This document shows positions 61,751 through 64,000 of a stretch of DNA of 64,000 nucleotides, one piece after another. Numbering within the stretch: the first letter of the stretch is position 1; each line of letters starts with the position of its first letter. The translations under genes and the position numbers were made by a program. Source of the stretch: a bacterium. Its GTDB lineage: Bacteria; Patescibacteriota; Minisyncoccia; UBA6257; WO2-44-18. Location of the stretch: contig JAUSKF010000006.1 in the NCBI GenBank assembly GCA_030646995.1, forward strand, positions 99,680 to 163,679, in the 5' to 3' direction. Under the pieces are notes generated by a model, which saw nothing but the letters and a program-made list of their open reading frames with translations, searched no databases and was not told the DNA's origin.

Positions 61751-62182
61751 ATGGAAGAAATGAGTCACAAGAATTACAAAACAGTTCCGATGTTGGCCGT
61801 GTACGATCCATTAAGAACGACAGACCATCGTCTGGAGGCGGCGCCTAAGATCGACGTGACGACCTGCCTTTCTCAATCCGAAATTCGGGACTGGGAAGAG
61901 GTGGGTGCCGGCGTCAAGTTGGACGCAGAAAGATCGTGGCACATTCAGATCTGTCCGATCTGCCGCGAGGTGGTTCTTTGTCTGGACAAGCTCGGTGTAC
62001 CGCCCGACGTGATGGCGGATGCTTACTGTCGGGAGAAGACGAGGCAGATCCCGCAGCAGCTGGAGGCGCTTATTGTGCGGCCGGAAATTCCGGAGTTACC
62101 GGTGGTCATGAAGAAGAGGCCTCGGCAGCCGGCGAAAACCGGCCTCTGGGACTCGATAACGAAGTTTTTCAGGAGGTCCTAA
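61751..62182 (+). CDS. Small zf-HC2-type protein, paralogue 2
   Basis: H-x3-C-x2-C (WHIQICPICRE); RBS aggagga; terminator aggaggtcctaacggacctcctttttt follows. Confidence 0.45.
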   Translation: MEEMSHKNYKTVPMLAVYDPLRTTDHRLEAAPKIDVTTCLSQSEIRDWEEVGAGVKLDAERSWHIQICPICREVVLCLDKLGVPPDVMADAYCREKTRQIPQQLEALIVRPEIPELPVVMKKRPRQPAKTGLWDSITKFFRRS

Positions 62183-62238
62183 CGGACCTCCTTTTTTATT
62201 GACTTTTTTCACCAATTTTATATATACTTCTACCTATC

Positions 62239-63024
62239 ATGTCCGAGTTAGATAATAACAGTACGGCTTTAGCGGGAGAGGATTCAGTTCCGCAGGAGCA
62301 AACGATGGACCAGACCTTAATGGAAGAAATGGTTAAGGCGGGTGTTTTGTATGGAAGAAAGAAATCCAAAACTCATCCTCGGATGAGGCCTTTTATTTTC
62401 GGAACCCGCAATGGCATTGAGATTTTGGAATTGGCTAAGACTATGGAATCAATTGATAAGGCCGGAGATTTTTTGAAAGAAACCGCCAAGAAAGACGGAT
62501 TGGTTTTAGTGGTTGGCACTAAACCCGCCTCTCAAGATTTGATGCAGGAATTTGCTAAGAAATTTTCCTATCCTTATGTAGTGAAGCGCTGGTTGGGAGG
62601 CACGTTAACTAATTTCAAAACAATTCTTACCCGCATTCAGTACTATATGAATTTGAAGGTTAATAAAGCGACCGGCAAATTGGAGAAATATACCAAAAAG
62701 GAGCGGGTGGAATTTGATAAGCAGATTGAAAAAATGGAGGGCTTCTTTTTGGGATTAGAGAGATTGTCCCGCCAGCCGGATGCCGTGATAGTGGTGAACG
62801 TGAACGATCACATGACCGCCGTGCGTGAGGCCAAGCGTATGAATATTCCGGTGGTGGCAATTTTGAGCACCGACACTAGCCCGGAGATAGTGGAGTACCC
62901 GATTCCGGCCAACGATAATTCCCGCAACAGCATTGCTTGGATTTTGGCTAAGTTGGAGGCGAAGGTGCAGGAAGGCTTGAAGGAGCGCCCGGCCGCCGTA
63001 GGCACAGTGACTCCCGCTAAGTAG
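62239..63024 (+). CDS. rpsB: 30S ribosomal protein S2
   Basis: MVKAGVLYGRKKSKTHPRMRPFIFGTRNGIEILEL matches the conserved bS2 N-terminal region; true start may be an internal Met. Confidence 0.9.
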   Translation: MSELDNNSTALAGEDSVPQEQTMDQTLMEEMVKAGVLYGRKKSKTHPRMRPFIFGTRNGIEILELAKTMESIDKAGDFLKETAKKDGLVLVVGTKPASQDLMQEFAKKFSYPYVVKRWLGGTLTNFKTILTRIQYYMNLKVNKATGKLEKYTKKERVEFDKQIEKMEGFFLGLERLSRQPDAVIVVNVNDHMTAVREAKRMNIPVVAILSTDTSPEIVEYPIPANDNSRNSIAWILAKLEAKVQEGLKERPAAVGTVTPAK

Positions 63025-63125
63025 TTTTCGGTCTGTTTGTTGTTTGGTATAGTTAGTAAGCTTGGAGGATTTAAGTTTGATATTTAAACGTTTAAATATT
63101 TAAATAATAAAAATATTCTACAACT

Positions 63126-63569
63126 ATGGCAGCTGCTGACGTACAAAAATTAAGAGAATCTACCGGAGCAGGAATGATGGACTGCAAGCGGGCTTTGGAT
63201 GATGCCGGTGGTGATTTTGATAAAGCCGCTTTGCTTATCAACGAGCGTGGTTTGACTAAAGCCATGAAGAAAGCCGATAGGGCTACGGGCGCCGCTTTAT
63301 TGGAAAGCTATATTCACAACGGCCGAGTTGGTGTGCTTTTAGAATTACGTTGTGAGACAGACTTCGTGGTGCGCTCCGAGCCTTTTAAGGAGTTGGCGCA
63401 TAATTTGGTGATGCATATTGCCGCGATGAATCCGGAAAATGTGGAAGCTTTGTTGCAGCAGCCTTATGTAAAAGACCCGAATCTTATTATTGATTCTTTG
63501 GTTAAGGGCGCGATTGCTAAGATTGGTGAGAATATTCAAGTTTCCAAATTTTGCCGGTACGAAATCTAA
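63126..63569 (+). CDS. tsf: Elongation factor Ts (short form)
   Basis: VQKLRESTGAGMMDCKRAL matches the EF-Ts N-terminal UBA-like signature; 147 aa. Confidence 0.85.
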   Translation: MAAADVQKLRESTGAGMMDCKRALDDAGGDFDKAALLINERGLTKAMKKADRATGAALLESYIHNGRVGVLLELRCETDFVVRSEPFKELAHNLVMHIAAMNPENVEALLQQPYVKDPNLIIDSLVKGAIAKIGENIQVSKFCRYEI

Positions 63570-63895
63570 TGTGGATTCGCTCCGTTCTTCAAATAATAGT
63601 TTTCTCCAGTTTGGGCTTGGTGATTTATATGATTGCTAGAGCGATTCCGAGAGTTCCTGAAGAAGTCTCCACGCATAGGCGTTCCAGTTGGGTAGACCGA
63701 TTGATGTCGAAGATTCCGATGTCGGCAATTGACGACCGGCTCAATTCTTTTATTGCTAAATTTTTGCGGAAATTTCGCGTGATAATGATGAAAATTGATA
63801 ATTTCATCAATGACCGATTGGGTAAGTTGAGTAAAAAAACGAAAGAACCGACAGAGGAAAGCCCTAGCCAGGATCAAAATAAGACCGTTTTGTAG
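63569..63895 (+). CDS. Hypothetical membrane protein
   Basis: ATG overlaps the tsf stop (TAATG); N-terminal TM helix. Confidence 0.35.
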   Translation: MWIRSVLQIIVFSSLGLVIYMIARAIPRVPEEVSTHRRSSWVDRLMSKIPMSAIDDRLNSFIAKFLRKFRVIMMKIDNFINDRLGKLSKKTKEPTEESPSQDQNKTVL

Positions 63896-63902
63896 TCATC
63901 AA

Positions 63903-63927
63903 AAAATCCCCTAAATGGGGGATTTTT
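63903..63927 (+). terminator. Rho-independent terminator
   Basis: aatcccctaaatgggggatt hairpin followed by ttttt. Confidence 0.8.
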
Positions 63928-63932
63928 TGATT

Positions 63933-64000
63933 GAGCCGGTGAGGTGAATCGAACACCTGTTTTCGCTTTACAAAAGCGTTGCTCTGCCATTGAGCTACAC
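63933..64000 (-). tRNA. tRNA-Thr (anticodon UGU), 5' end beyond window edge
   Basis: Reverse complement reads ..GTG-TA-GCTC-AATGGCA-GAGC-A-ACGCT-TTTGTAA-AGCGA-AAAC-AGGTG-TTCGATT-CACCT-CACCGGC-T; CCA not encoded. Confidence 0.6.

Overview
This 64-kb window reads like a small, streamlined bacterial genome, probably from the Candidate Phyla Radiation (Patescibacteria). That placement is inferred from gene content and the intron-bearing 16S rRNA gene; no database search was run. Genes run on both strands, TGA is used as a stop codon, and strong Shine-Dalgarno sites precede only a subset of genes.

Main content, in order along the window:
- A pentose-phosphate and glycolysis cluster: the C-terminal end of gap, two rpiB copies, a NUDIX hydrolase, rpe, transketolase split into two genes, a PfkB-family kinase and fba.
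- Between the rpiB copies and rpe sits a complete diversity-generating retroelement (DGR). It has a target gene whose C-terminal variable repeat differs from a downstream template repeat only at template adenines, an Avd-like accessory gene on the opposite strand, and a DGR-type reverse transcriptase. A G9 homopolymer lies between avd and the reverse transcriptase and appears to gate the reverse transcriptase reading frame.
- bL25, a lytic transglycosylase, a release-factor-1-like gene that lacks domain 1, and a diheme cytochrome c gene paired with a 12-helix His-rich membrane protein.
- bL31, a lipoprotein, then a 16S rRNA gene interrupted near its 3' end by an ~860-bp intron that encodes a LAGLIDADG homing endonuclease.
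- A type IV pilus locus: pilin, PilB, PilC, pseudopilins and a fused PilM/PilN. It includes a 1496-aa surface protein whose 5' end carries poly-C and poly-G tracts that put the ATG-initiated signal peptide out of frame. Three copies of a CCACTTTC-CGCG-GAAAGTGG palindrome sit in the same locus, around a TrpR/YerC-like regulator gene.
- Housekeeping genes: pth, lepB, hisS, a HIT protein, rpsU, yqeY, ybeY, ftsA, ftsZ.
- An AT-rich islet next to tRNA-Ala(CGC), containing an XRE-type regulator remnant and a protein with a LAGLIDADG motif.
- An ECF sigma factor with a putative anti-sigma partner, hup, rny, and a tandem array of five small lipoprotein genes that share a promoter-leader motif.
- murB and hpf, each flanked by a short element bounded by inverted repeats.
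- secA, a minus-strand operon of sugar transferase, pilin-like gene and a 54-aa Cys-rich small ORF that is too short to appear in the ORF track, a GT4 glycosyltransferase, two GC-rich zf-HC2 paralogues, rpsB, tsf, and a partial tRNA-Thr at the window edge.
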